Shown: positions 10,394-19,949 of the stretch, in pieces
How positions within the stretch are numbered: the first letter of the stretch is position 1
Layout: each line of letters starts with the position of its first letter
From: Nostoc sp. DedSLP01
Lineage (GTDB): Bacteria; Cyanobacteriota; Cyanobacteriia; Cyanobacteriales; Nostocaceae
NCBI GenBank assembly: GCA_034530875.2
Contig: JAVRCJ020000006.1
Span: 227,552-291,551 of the forward strand
Reading direction: 5' to 3'
Length of the DNA stretch: 64,000 nucleotides
The notes under the pieces: model-generated
Seen by the model: the letters and a program-made list of their open reading frames with translations, nothing else
Told to the model about the DNA's origin: nothing
Database searches by the model: none
Program-made: the position numbers and the translations under genes

Positions 10394-11101
10394 GTGAACT
10401 CACATCTTAAAAGTATTGCTACAGCTGCGTTAGCTTTGCTAGTAATTTATTCAGCAAAACAAGCAGTTGCATTAAGCCAGAAAATCGATAATCCAGTTAA
10501 TATCGCAAAATCGCAACCTTTAACAGACACTTTGATTGTTCCTGGCGAAAGAGTCGGGCCGATAACACGCACAACCACCAAACAGGATTTAGTTAAACTG
10601 TTTGGTGCGTCTCGTGTAGTTGATAAAACCATTTCTGGTGCTGAAGGAATTGGTAGTTATGCCGCTACTCAATTAAAGCTAGATCGAGGGCGATGTCTAA
10701 CGACAAGCTGCTCCGCATCTACGCTTCTGGTAGTCTGGAGTGATAATACCCGTACCAAACCTCTAGATGTGCGTAATCTAGGTTCAGCTTGGAAAACCCG
10801 CGAAGGTCTCGGTGTTGGCACCCCATTAAGCGAGTTACGCAAGCAATTAGGTAACTTTAAACTCTATGGATTAGCTTGGGATTACGGCGGCACGATTTTG
10901 TTGGATAGTAGCAAATTATCGCGCTATCAAGGCAAAATGATTTTACGAGTAGACGCTGCTCCTAATGCTTACGAAAAGTTTCCCAATGACTACCAAGCAG
11001 TGTCCGGAGATAGTACTTTTTCCTCCAGCAATCCTCATTGGAAACCTTTGGGGATTAGGCTAACAGAAATTATTGTTGTATTGAATCCAAGTCAGGAATA
11101 A
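10394..11101 (+). CDS. Hypothetical exported protein
   Basis: GAGGT RBS before GTG, signal-peptide-like N-terminus, IVPGERVGPI and GLAWDYGG segments. Confidence 0.75.
   Translation: MNSHLKSIATAALALLVIYSAKQAVALSQKIDNPVNIAKSQPLTDTLIVPGERVGPITRTTTKQDLVKLFGASRVVDKTISGAEGIGSYAATQLKLDRGRCLTTSCSASTLLVVWSDNTRTKPLDVRNLGSAWKTREGLGVGTPLSELRKQLGNFKLYGLAWDYGGTILLDSSKLSRYQGKMILRVDAAPNAYEKFPNDYQAVSGDSTFSSSNPHWKPLGIRLTEIIVVLNPSQE
10690..10724 (+). repeat. 27-nt SDR5-like insert splitting a HIP1 site, in frame inside the CDS
   Basis: GCGAT[GTCTAACGACAAGCTGCTCCGCATCTA]CGC. Confidence 0.75.
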
Positions 11102-11612
11102 TGGGCTACTTAACATTTAAGAAGCTGATTTAGGCAAAGGCAGAATTTATTGAAGTTGTTCGGTAACTCTTCCATCGAGAGGCAAAATTAGCAAATCTTA
11201 GCGATGAATTAAATAAAGTTGAGTCTGCATTGAAATCATCAAATTCATTAAATATAGTGTTATTTGCCTGACCAAAATTAGGATTGCCTAAGCCAGAATA
11301 GTAGGAAAACAAAGATATTCAGCGAATTGGTGTTTGTTTATACTATTTCAATTTTTTGTAGTCGTTATACTCATGACTTAGGTTCTACCTGGGAATTAGG
11401 AAGTGGCTTTGCCACTTCTTTTTATTTATATCGTAGTCCAGCAAAAAATAAATTAAAAGTTAAAAGGAGTTTGTTACAACTTTTAACTTTTATTTAGTTA
11501 TTGCAGCAATTAGCAACTAAATGAAGTAAAATACTTCGATCTCCAACCCATATATCAAGCTTTTTTACTTCTAACTCCTGAATCCTGAATTCTGACTCCT
11601 GAATTCTAATAT

Positions 11613-12701
11613 TCAATCATTACTCATACTATCTCGCCATCTTTCCCGTTTGGCTTTGATTTCAGCATCGCGCGATCGCGTTTCTTCCCAAGTTCGCCAC
11701 ATTAGTGACTGTTGTTTCTCAACATGATTGATGAACTGCATAATCGACTGATCCGCTCTAATTGGGGTTTTCAAATCAAACTGAATAGTTTGGACGATTT
11801 TGATATCACCCATGAGAAAGTACTTACCTGCAATCTTAGTCAGCCACAGCACAACTCGATTGGATAACCAACCAAAAAAGCCTTTACGTTTTTTAACCAT
11901 CAACAGAATTTGACCTTCAGCTTTTCCTCCTTCATCCAAGCGCGTAGCAAACATCATATGAACATGAAGGAAATCGGGGCCAAATGTGACAATCCCAATA
12001 GTACCGTACCAATAACAAATACTGTAAGCGATCGCATTTTTGTAGAAAATACGAATCAGCTTAATGAAAAATGAATCCTCTTTAACGGGTGCAGTGTTGG
12101 TAAAGATAATTGCATTTTCGTTCAATTGCTGTCTTTCAAAAACAACTTCTACTGGCAACTTATGAACTGTATTTAGGTGCTGAGCATCAATTGCATTAAT
12201 CATCACCACATTCGGGTGGCAATTCATTAAGAAGTTAGAATGGATGGCAATATCGCATTCTTTTTGTTCTAACTCTGGAATGAAAGGTAGAGGTTGTTGT
12301 GGTATTTCTCCAGTCCAAACCCAAATCATGCCGTATTTTTCAGCAGTCGGCCAAGATTGTAATTTCAAAGAAAGCGGCGTATCTAAACATGGGATATCAA
12401 TACACATTCCTTCAGCATCAAATTTCCAGTGGTGGAAAAAGCAACGTAGCCCATTGCCTTCAACTTTGCCCTCAGCAAGGTGAGCGCCCATGTGCGGACA
12501 GTAAGCATCAAAGGTAACTACTCTTTTGTCTTTTCCACGATAAATTACTAGTTCTCTGCCCAAAATTGTCACAGGTTTTACTTCACCTACTTGCAGATTT
12601 TGAGAAGGTATTACCCAATACCATCCTTCAATAAAACGTTCTGGATTATTAAAAGTTTTAGGTTTACGGATTGAGCTAAAAGCCTGTGAATTGAGATTCA
12701 T
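11613..12701 (-). CDS. Rieske non-heme iron oxygenase, alpha subunit
   Basis: CPHMG...CFFHHW Rieske ligands; NAIDAQHLNTVH mononuclear Fe motif. Confidence 0.92.
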   Translation of the reverse strand: MNLNSQAFSSIRKPKTFNNPERFIEGWYWVIPSQNLQVGEVKPVTILGRELVIYRGKDKRVVTFDAYCPHMGAHLAEGKVEGNGLRCFFHHWKFDAEGMCIDIPCLDTPLSLKLQSWPTAEKYGMIWVWTGEIPQQPLPFIPELEQKECDIAIHSNFLMNCHPNVVMINAIDAQHLNTVHKLPVEVVFERQQLNENAIIFTNTAPVKEDSFFIKLIRIFYKNAIAYSICYWYGTIGIVTFGPDFLHVHMMFATRLDEGGKAEGQILLMVKKRKGFFGWLSNRVVLWLTKIAGKYFLMGDIKIVQTIQFDLKTPIRADQSIMQFINHVEKQQSLMWRTWEETRSRDAEIKAKRERWRDSMSND

Positions 12702-13112
12702 TTTATAGATTCACTTGCAGTGAAGCGGTTAATCTACAAGTAACATGGCAACTCAAAATAAACAGTTACTTTCAGTACTACAGCAAGCATTAACTAAAGA
12801 AATATATATGCAATATTGAATTATAACTGTTACAAATATTTAAAATATTGCAATAAAATAGAATCGGATATAACCTTTTATCCAATTAAAATAAATGTTT
12901 TAAAAATAAAAACTCAGTAAAAGTTCTGGACTACTTTCAGGCTACAAAAACACAAAGAACTACTAATAGGATAGAATTTGTCCCAATATCGAAAAAATAC
13001 TAGATAAAAGATTCCCCTTCATGCCTTTGCCTCTTATGCCCCATACCCCTAAAAATGTAAAATCCCACAACCAATAGGTGTGGGACTGGCTTAAGTAAAT
13101 TTTGTGCCAATT

Positions 13113-13889
13113 TTACATCTGATCCAATTGCTTGCGTAGGGAATCCAACTCAGCATCAACAACATCATTAGACTTGGGAGGAGTAGTTTGTTGTTGTGGT
13201 GGTAGTTGGGGCTGATTTTGGGGAGCAGCTGGTGGTAATATTTGCGCTTTTAAAGCAGCCAATTCATCATCAATATCACTACCAGATTCCAACTGAGCAA
13301 ATTGGCTTTCTAAATCTGCACTTGCCAACTCTCCTGCTGATTGAGCGCGGGCTTCTTGCATCAAGACTTTTTCTTCCATGCGCTCGAAGGCAGCCATTGC
13401 ACTGTTGGTATTCATACCACGTACCATACCTTGAAGTTGTTCTTGGGCTTTGGCAGTGGTAATCCGAGCTTTGAGCATTTCTTTCTTGGTTTTAGCCTCA
13501 GAAATTTTGCTTTCGAGTTGGATTAAGTTGCGTTTGAGGGTTTCAACTTGAGTGTTTTGTTGATCTAAGCTGGCTTTAAGGGCTGCGCCTGTATCAGTAT
13601 AAGTCTTCTTGCGCTCTAAGGCTTGCCTAGCTAAGTTTTCATCACCTTTTTGTAGTGCTAGTTGGGCATTGCGTTGCCACTTATTAATTTCATTTTGAGC
13701 ATCAGTATATTGTTTATCAGTGCGTTTTTGAGCTGCGATCGCCTGGGCTACCCCCTGACGCAGTTGTACCAAGTCTTCCTGCATTTCCAGGATGGCTTGC
13801 TCTAGCATTTTTTCGGGGTCTTCAGCTTTGTTAACTAGGTCATTGAGGTTAGCACTAACAACTCGTCTAATGCGATCGAATAATCCCAT
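13113..13889 (-). CDS. vipp1: Vipp1/IM30 (PspA family) with C-terminal extension
   Basis: MGLFDRIRRVV, EDPEKMLEQ, AFERMEEKV, extra C-terminal helix VDAELDSLRKQLDQM. Confidence 0.92.
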   Translation of the reverse strand: MGLFDRIRRVVSANLNDLVNKAEDPEKMLEQAILEMQEDLVQLRQGVAQAIAAQKRTDKQYTDAQNEINKWQRNAQLALQKGDENLARQALERKKTYTDTGAALKASLDQQNTQVETLKRNLIQLESKISEAKTKKEMLKARITTAKAQEQLQGMVRGMNTNSAMAAFERMEEKVLMQEARAQSAGELASADLESQFAQLESGSDIDDELAALKAQILPPAAPQNQPQLPPQQQTTPPKSNDVVDAELDSLRKQLDQM

Positions 13890-14053
13890 AACTTTGTTTT
13901 TCCTTACTTTTGGTTTACGCTCTTTGTTGGACAGTTAGCTTTTTTACTTTTTAATAGCTACCTATTTCAATGTAATCTTTCCGTTTGGAATCAGTACCTC
14001 ACAACAACTCCTAATTGTTAAGATATCTCGAAGCCGCGGCAATTCGCCGAATT

Positions 14054-14809
14054 TCAAGAGTCTTGTGTTTTGGGTGGCTGCTGTTGGGGAAGCTGTTCTA
14101 TTTTTTGGTTATCTTCCAAGAGGCGATTGTTGGGCTGTGTGTTTTCTGCCTCATTTAAAACTTGCACCTTCATCGCCGCCAATTCGGCATCTACATTATT
14201 AGTAGATTCCAACGAGGCAAATCGTGTTTCCAGGTCATCGCTACTAAGTTGAGCAATTGCTTCTGATTTAGCTTCTATCTGCAAAACTTTTTCTTCCATA
14301 CGCTCAAAGGCATTAAGGCTGCTAGTGGCGGAAACACCATCGAGCATTTCTTGCAGGCGATAAGAGGCTTCAGCAGAACGGGCGCGAGCAATATACATGT
14401 CTTTTTTAGTTTTCGCCTCGGCAATTTTCAACTCGAGCGATCGCATATCCTTTTTTAACCTAGCGACTATTTCATTTTGCTCTTGTACTTGGTTGTAGAG
14501 AGATGTCGCAGTTTCTTTATAAGCTTGGCGTTTAGTTAAAGCTTCCCGTGCTAAAACTTCGCTACCTTGCCGCAGTGCTAATTGGGCGCGACGATACCAT
14601 TCTTCTGCTTGACCATCCGCAGCAGCAGCTTGTCGTTCCGTGCGTTTTTGGGTAGCGATCGCTTGTGCTACACCTTGCCGTAATTGCACCAGATTTTCCT
14701 GCATCTCCATTACAGTTTGCTCCAGAATCTTTTCTGGATCTTCTGCACTGTTTGTCAAACTATTGAGGTTAGCGCGAATCACCCGCAGGATACGCTTCAT
14801 TAACTCCAT
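14054..14809 (-). CDS. pspA: Second PspA/IM30 family protein
   Basis: EDPEKILEQ and AFERMEEKV motifs; ATG 14809 (MELMKRIL) lies downstream of repeat DNA. Confidence 0.85.
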   Translation of the reverse strand: MELMKRILRVIRANLNSLTNSAEDPEKILEQTVMEMQENLVQLRQGVAQAIATQKRTERQAAAADGQAEEWYRRAQLALRQGSEVLAREALTKRQAYKETATSLYNQVQEQNEIVARLKKDMRSLELKIAEAKTKKDMYIARARSAEASYRLQEMLDGVSATSSLNAFERMEEKVLQIEAKSEAIAQLSSDDLETRFASLESTNNVDAELAAMKVQVLNEAENTQPNNRLLEDNQKIEQLPQQQPPKTQDS

Positions 14810-15034
14810 CTCTGCTCTCCATTCACGAAACTGAGCGCTGAGTGTTGAGTGCTGAGTACTGAGGTCTACTCTTAAGTATAAAAAACTGTAGTACACTTGT
14901 AATCAAGCAACATTTTATCTCTACTACTCACCACTCCTATACAGACAAGGGTTAATCCCGTTTCTACTCACCACTCAGCACTCGTAACTCAGCACTGCGA
15001 TCTTCATGGTATCGTAGATTTTTCCGACTTATTG

Positions 15035-16396
15035 CTATTCAACTCTTGCTTTAATTCCTCTTTTCTCTAGCAATCGCATGTGTTTTTCTACTTGTTGTTT
15101 AGTCTTAAAAGCACCGAGAAAAATCAATTTTTTGTCAGGTGATAAATAAGCATCGGGGATAACTTGCCGTGCTGAGGCTAAAGCACGGTCTTGATTATCT
15201 ATCACTACATGATATAGCCCATCTATAGATGGTTTGATTTCTGGATTTGGTTCGGGTGAAGTTTTTGCCTTTGGACTGGGGGATGAATTTACTGTAGGTA
15301 AAGCCTTTGGCTTCGGTAGAGGTGCGACAGCGATGGGATTGGTCGGCTTTAGAGGTGTAACGGACTCAGGCAATGGGGCTGGAGGATTTACAGGGTTTTG
15401 GGGAACGACTGGATTTGTGACTACTGGGGAGGTTGGTTCGGCTTTGGGTTTTAAGGCAATTAGATCGTTGGGGTCTTTGACTTCAGGAAACTCTTCAGCC
15501 GCAAGATTGGGATATTTGGGTATAGATGTGCTTGGTGGCTGGATCTGCTGCGGTTGGACGTTACTGCCAACTTCTGGAGTATTGTCTGCTGGGGCAGACG
15601 GCTTACTATTAAATAAGTTGGCTAAATTCCACTGTGGCAAGCTTTTAGGATTTAAAACTATATAACCTAACGTCAGACTTGCCACCAATAGCAGCAACAT
15701 AGAGCCGATACCCAAAGGCGATAGCAGACTATCGCTATAATTACTTGGCTTTTTAGTTTGTGGCTGTTCTTCTGTCAAACTTCGCAGCAGTGCTTCACTA
15801 GATTCCAAATAGTCATCTGGCGGCTTCACCCCATCATCTGGCTGTACTAGATTTTCGCTCTTAGTATCTTGAACGGTGGCTGGCACAATACTGGTACTAA
15901 AGTTGGGCGGTGGCGGTGGAAGTGGAGTTGATTTTTTAGCAGAATCCAAGCTAGGTGCAGCATTGTTAAGATTATTCACTTCCTCAGTATTTGCCGTTAC
16001 TGCTTCTGGGTTCCTCTGAGGATTCGCGGTTACAGATATCGGTGGTTCGTCAATTTTTACTACAGATGGCGCTGGAGTGACCTGAGGATTTATAGGTACA
16101 GATACAGGTGCAGGTGGTGGAGGTGGTGGCGGTAAATTGATTTTAGTTTCTGTTACTGATGGTGCAGTTGTACTTGATGGTGTAGAAACGGTAGTGAAGT
16201 GTTGGGGTTGACTGCTAATGTAACTCCCTACACGCAATTGGTTCGAGGGTGCCAAGACAGTTCGCATACGTCGGTATCGAGCTAACTCTTGATCTAGCGG
16301 CACCTCTAAACTTGCTAGTGCTGCTGCTAGTGCTGGTTTCAGACCAGCTATTTTAGACGATTGGTTACCGGAATCATTCAGGGGATTTTGAGTCAT
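15035..16396 (-). CDS. Pro-rich single-TM protein with a C-terminal SPOR-like domain
   Basis: LDQELARYRR N-terminus, one TM (LLSPLGIGSMLLLL), C-terminal IFLGAF...LEKRGIKARVE. Confidence 0.75.
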   Translation of the reverse strand: MTQNPLNDSGNQSSKIAGLKPALAAALASLEVPLDQELARYRRMRTVLAPSNQLRVGSYISSQPQHFTTVSTPSSTTAPSVTETKINLPPPPPPPAPVSVPINPQVTPAPSVVKIDEPPISVTANPQRNPEAVTANTEEVNNLNNAAPSLDSAKKSTPLPPPPPNFSTSIVPATVQDTKSENLVQPDDGVKPPDDYLESSEALLRSLTEEQPQTKKPSNYSDSLLSPLGIGSMLLLLVASLTLGYIVLNPKSLPQWNLANLFNSKPSAPADNTPEVGSNVQPQQIQPPSTSIPKYPNLAAEEFPEVKDPNDLIALKPKAEPTSPVVTNPVVPQNPVNPPAPLPESVTPLKPTNPIAVAPLPKPKALPTVNSSPSPKAKTSPEPNPEIKPSIDGLYHVVIDNQDRALASARQVIPDAYLSPDKKLIFLGAFKTKQQVEKHMRLLEKRGIKARVE

Positions 16397-16609
16397 TGCT
16401 TCTCTACCTCAAAAGTAGATTACTGGAATTAACTGTAAACATATTTGTGCCAATATTAGCGAAAATTACTGAGAAAATGGGTATGGGGAAATAGGGAGAT
16501 GGGGAAGTCGGGGAAGAAAGAGAATTTATGCTTCCCGCACCTCCCTCTCCTCCCACACTTCCCACACCTCCCACACCTCCCCATCTCCCCATTCCCCACC
16601 TTATTAATA

Positions 16610-17152
16610 ATGTCGTTGAAATCACTTAATGATATTTTGGATGTTCTCGAAAAGCAGGCTCAATGGCAGGAGCAGCCATTTCAACGCCTGGTTAAGTTTT
16701 GGCCAGAGCTTGTTGGCCCTGTGGTTGCGGCACATACTCGACCATTGTCGATTCAGCGCGATGTTTTGTGGGTAGCAACTTCTAGTGCAGCTTGGGCACA
16801 AAATCTGACTTTTAGTCGCTCGTCGCTGCTTTTAAAGTTGAATCAAAAGCTACCAGCACCTTTAGTTGATATTCGCTTCTCAACTGCTGGCTGGCAGCAG
16901 CCATCTGCGGAAAACAAACAGCAACAAACAACTTTGCCCGACGAGCATCCTAGTTATGTAGGCGATCGCATTAGTTCTGGTAATACTAAGCCTAGTAGTC
17001 AAGATGCGAATGCTGCTTTTGAGGATTGGGCTAAGATGGTGCAAGGGCGATCGCATGGCTTACCCCTTTGCCCACAGTGTCAATCCCCCACTCCCTCTGG
17101 GGAACTCCAGCGCTGGGGAGTCTGTTCTATCTGTGCTGCTAAGAAATTTTGA
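16610..17152 (+). CDS. DUF721/DciA-family protein with C-terminal Zn ribbon
   Basis: WPELVGPVVAAHTRP, LWVATSSAAWAQNL, DIRF, CPQC...CSIC; the upstream track extension is translated repeat DNA. Confidence 0.85.
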   Translation: MSLKSLNDILDVLEKQAQWQEQPFQRLVKFWPELVGPVVAAHTRPLSIQRDVLWVATSSAAWAQNLTFSRSSLLLKLNQKLPAPLVDIRFSTAGWQQPSAENKQQQTTLPDEHPSYVGDRISSGNTKPSSQDANAAFEDWAKMVQGRSHGLPLCPQCQSPTPSGELQRWGVCSICAAKKF

Positions 17153-17552
17153 GTTCAAAAGTCACAGCAGATTACTACACAATAGTTCTAATTCTGGAGA
17201 AAAAAGATATTTTCCTGGCAAAATACTGCTACTTTGATATAACGTTAGCCTATTTATCTCGAATTCTCTCCCTTCAGCTATCCTTAAAGAGGAAGTTAAA
17301 AGATTAAATAAATCAAAATCTTTACTTTTACTCTTGATCCCTAATAAGTTTTAGCCAAAATCTATAGGTATCCACTCTAAACAACATTGAAAAATATAAC
17401 AAGAATATAAAAACATCCTAAAATTTATTTGTTCGTGGGGATCGCTGAAACCTAGAGTAAATAATGACTTTTTGGCTTTCCTCCGTCTTTATATATAGAA
17501 GCAAAATATAAGGGTGAAATTCAGCCTGAAACGGCGCTAATGATAAACCCAA

Positions 17553-17867
17553 ATGAAACCCATTAAATTTTTAGCATCTGCCTGTAGATATTGCCGCCAT
17601 TACCAACCAGAAGGACGTCGTGGCGGTATGTGTCAGCAATTGGGAGCGCCAGTTCAAGCAAGTTGGAAGGCTTGCTCTTTAGCGATCCCAGCTTTTGCAC
17701 CTTCTTGGGAAACTTTAGAAGATGCTTGGGGTTTGCCAGATGCAAAACCTGTTTTAGCTTCTTGTCAATCTATAGCCTCAGACTTAGATAATACAGATCT
17801 TAGTCTTGTTGAAGAAACAACTGTCTCTACTTGCCAAGAAGCTGAGACTAACACTGTGCTTATTTAG
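17553..17867 (+). CDS. Small Cys-motif hypothetical protein
   Basis: CRYCRHYQPEGRRGGMCQQL...WKAC; followed by a terminator. Confidence 0.75.
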   Translation: MKPIKFLASACRYCRHYQPEGRRGGMCQQLGAPVQASWKACSLAIPAFAPSWETLEDAWGLPDAKPVLASCQSIASDLDNTDLSLVEETTVSTCQEAETNTVLI

Positions 17868-17955
17868 TCACTCATTATTACTGGACTGAGTTTGCAGTCT
17901 GCTTAAAATAAAATTTGTTTTTAAGATTTTTAGTGCTGTAAAGTTTAACATCTAC

Positions 17956-17988
17956 AAAAATCGCACCCTTGGGAAAGGTGCGATTTTT
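17956..17988. terminator. Bidirectional intrinsic terminator
   Basis: AAAAATCGCACC-loop-GGTGCGATTTTT between convergent genes. Confidence 0.8.
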
Positions 17989-17994
17989 GCAATT

Positions 17995-18828
17995 TTAAGG
18001 TAACCAAGGAAAAGAGCGAAAATCTGGCGGACGTTTTTCTAGAAATGCTTTTTTGCCCTCAGACCCTTCTTCTGTCATGTAATACAGTAGGGTGGCATTG
18101 CCAGCGAGTTCTTGTAAACCAGCTTGTCCGTCACAATCGGCATTGAATGCTGCTTTGAGACACCGAATTGCGATCGGACTTTTTTCTAAAATCTCTTGCG
18201 CCCATTTAATGCCTTCCGCTTCTAGTTGTTCAACTGGGACGATGCAATTAATTAAACCCATTTCTAGGGCTTGTTGTGCATTATATTGACGGCAGAGAAA
18301 CCAAATTTCTCGTGCTTTTTTTTGCCCTACAATGCGAGCAAGATAGCTGGCACCAAAACCCCCATCAAAACTGCCCACTTTCGGGCCAGTCTGTCCGAAA
18401 ATGGCGTTATCTGCGGCGATGGTGAGGTCACAAATCAAGTGTAGGACATGTCCGCCACCGATCGCATATCCGGCAACCAAAGCAATTACTACTTTCGGCA
18501 TCGAACGAATCAAGCGTTGCAAATCCAACACATTTAACCGGGGTACGCCAGAATCATCCACATAACCAGCATGTCCCCGCACGCTTTGATCGCCACCAGC
18601 ACAGAAGGCATATTTACCATCAGTGTGCGGGCCGTAACCAGTAAAGAGAACAACACCTATAGTAGTATCTTCACGCGCATCACAAAAAGCATCGTAAAGT
18701 TCAAAGACAGTTTTGGGGCGGAAAGCATTGCGTTTGTGGGGACGATTGATGGTAATTTTCGCAATGCCATCAGTTTTTTGATACAGGATATCTTCGTAGG
18801 ATTTGGCAGTTTGCCAGTCGATTTGCAT
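17995..18828 (-). CDS. menB: 1,4-dihydroxy-2-naphthoyl-CoA synthase
   Basis: [42 protein letters not shown]. Confidence 0.97.
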   Translation of the reverse strand: MQIDWQTAKSYEDILYQKTDGIAKITINRPHKRNAFRPKTVFELYDAFCDAREDTTIGVVLFTGYGPHTDGKYAFCAGGDQSVRGHAGYVDDSGVPRLNVLDLQRLIRSMPKVVIALVAGYAIGGGHVLHLICDLTIAADNAIFGQTGPKVGSFDGGFGASYLARIVGQKKAREIWFLCRQYNAQQALEMGLINCIVPVEQLEAEGIKWAQEILEKSPIAIRCLKAAFNADCDGQAGLQELAGNATLLYYMTEEGSEGKKAFLEKRPPDFRSFPWLP

Positions 18829-18880
18829 TGGTATAGAGTGCGCTGTTGCTTAGAGAATTTTATCGCGGAGTTGGGGAGTT

Positions 18881-18909
18881 GCGATACCTGCGGTGGGCTA
18901 TGCCTACGC
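18881..18909 (+). repeat. 21-nt SDR5-like insert in a HIP1 site (intergenic)
   Basis: GCGAT[ACCTGCGGTGGGCTATGCCTA]CGC. Confidence 0.8.
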
Positions 18910-18964
18910 TAAGATTAATTTCTCAAGCTTTACAATCAGGGCTGGTAATTAATTAGCCATAAAA

Positions 18965-19788
18965 ATGCGGCGTGACTCCATCTTCTACAAATTATTCAAG
19001 CAATTTCCAGGCTTGCTGTTTGATTTGGTAGACCAACCACCCCCAGAAGCGGCAGACTACCAGTTTGAATCGGTTGAGGTTAAAGAAACAGCGTTTCGGA
19101 TTGATGGAGTATTTCTACCTCCCGCCAATGCTGCATCTAAAATTGTTTTCTTTGCTGAACTTCAGTTTCAGAAGGACGAAGATTTATATCACCGCTTCTT
19201 TAGCGAATTGTTTTTGTTTCTTTATCGTCACTCAATTCGTTACGATGACTGGTTTGGAGTAGTAATTTTTCCTTCTCGCAGTCTGGAACATCAAATTTAA
19301 TGATTCACCGTGCTTTGTTAGAAAGCGGACAAGTCAGGCGAGTTTATCTCGATGAGTTGGGAGATTTACGACAACAACCTTTAGGATTGGGTTTAATGTT
19401 GCTAACAAATGTTACTGCTGAAACTGAAGCAGTAGAGGGGGCGCGGTTTTTGCTTGAACAAGCACGGCAGCAATCAGAGCAAGCAATAATAGATTTAGTG
19501 ACGACTATTATTGTTTACAAGTTTTCTAACCTGAGTCGAGAGGAGATTGAAGCGATGTTGGGACTGAATCAACAAGAGCCACGGGCTATTCGGGAAGCTA
19601 AGGAAGAAGGAGAAAGAATAATAGTTTTACGACAATTAAATCGGCGTGTGGGCAATATTCCGGATGCGGTTCTGTCCCAGATTCAAGGGTTATCGGTGGA
19701 ACAATTGGAAGCTTTAGCTGATGCTTTATTGGATTTTTCTACTCTTGCTGATTTGCAAGGGTGGTTACAAGGTGAAGTAAGAGGGTAA
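18965..19788 (+). pseudogene. Rpn/YhgA-like (DUF2887 + DUF4351) gene split by a 1-bp frameshift near 19289
   Basis: MRRDSIFYKLF, FESVEVKETAFRIDGVF, FAELQFQKD in ORF1; LSVEQLEALADALLDF in ORF2; adding one C restores SLEPSNLMIHR. Confidence 0.85.
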
Positions 19789-19949
19789 ATTTCACGCAGA
19801 GGCGCAGAGGCGCAGAAAGGAAAAAGGCGATGCTCATTCTACTTCGATCTCAGAAGTTTTTAAGAGCAAGGCTGGATCGTGGATTTGTTTAATTATTTTT
19901 GAATAGTTGCAAAATGTGTGATTGTTTACATTGATTGCTTAGTTTAGAT

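Noticed and set aside
11130..11312. 60-aa minus-strand ORF
   Set aside because: TTG start and no recognisable motif; the region may be a decayed gene fragment
13113..14809. Tandem PspA/Vipp1 paralogs as a novelty
   Set aside because: Known arrangement in filamentous cyanobacteria
16404..16625. Gly-rich 73-aa ORF and the N-terminal extension of DUF721
   Set aside because: Translated STRR-type repeats
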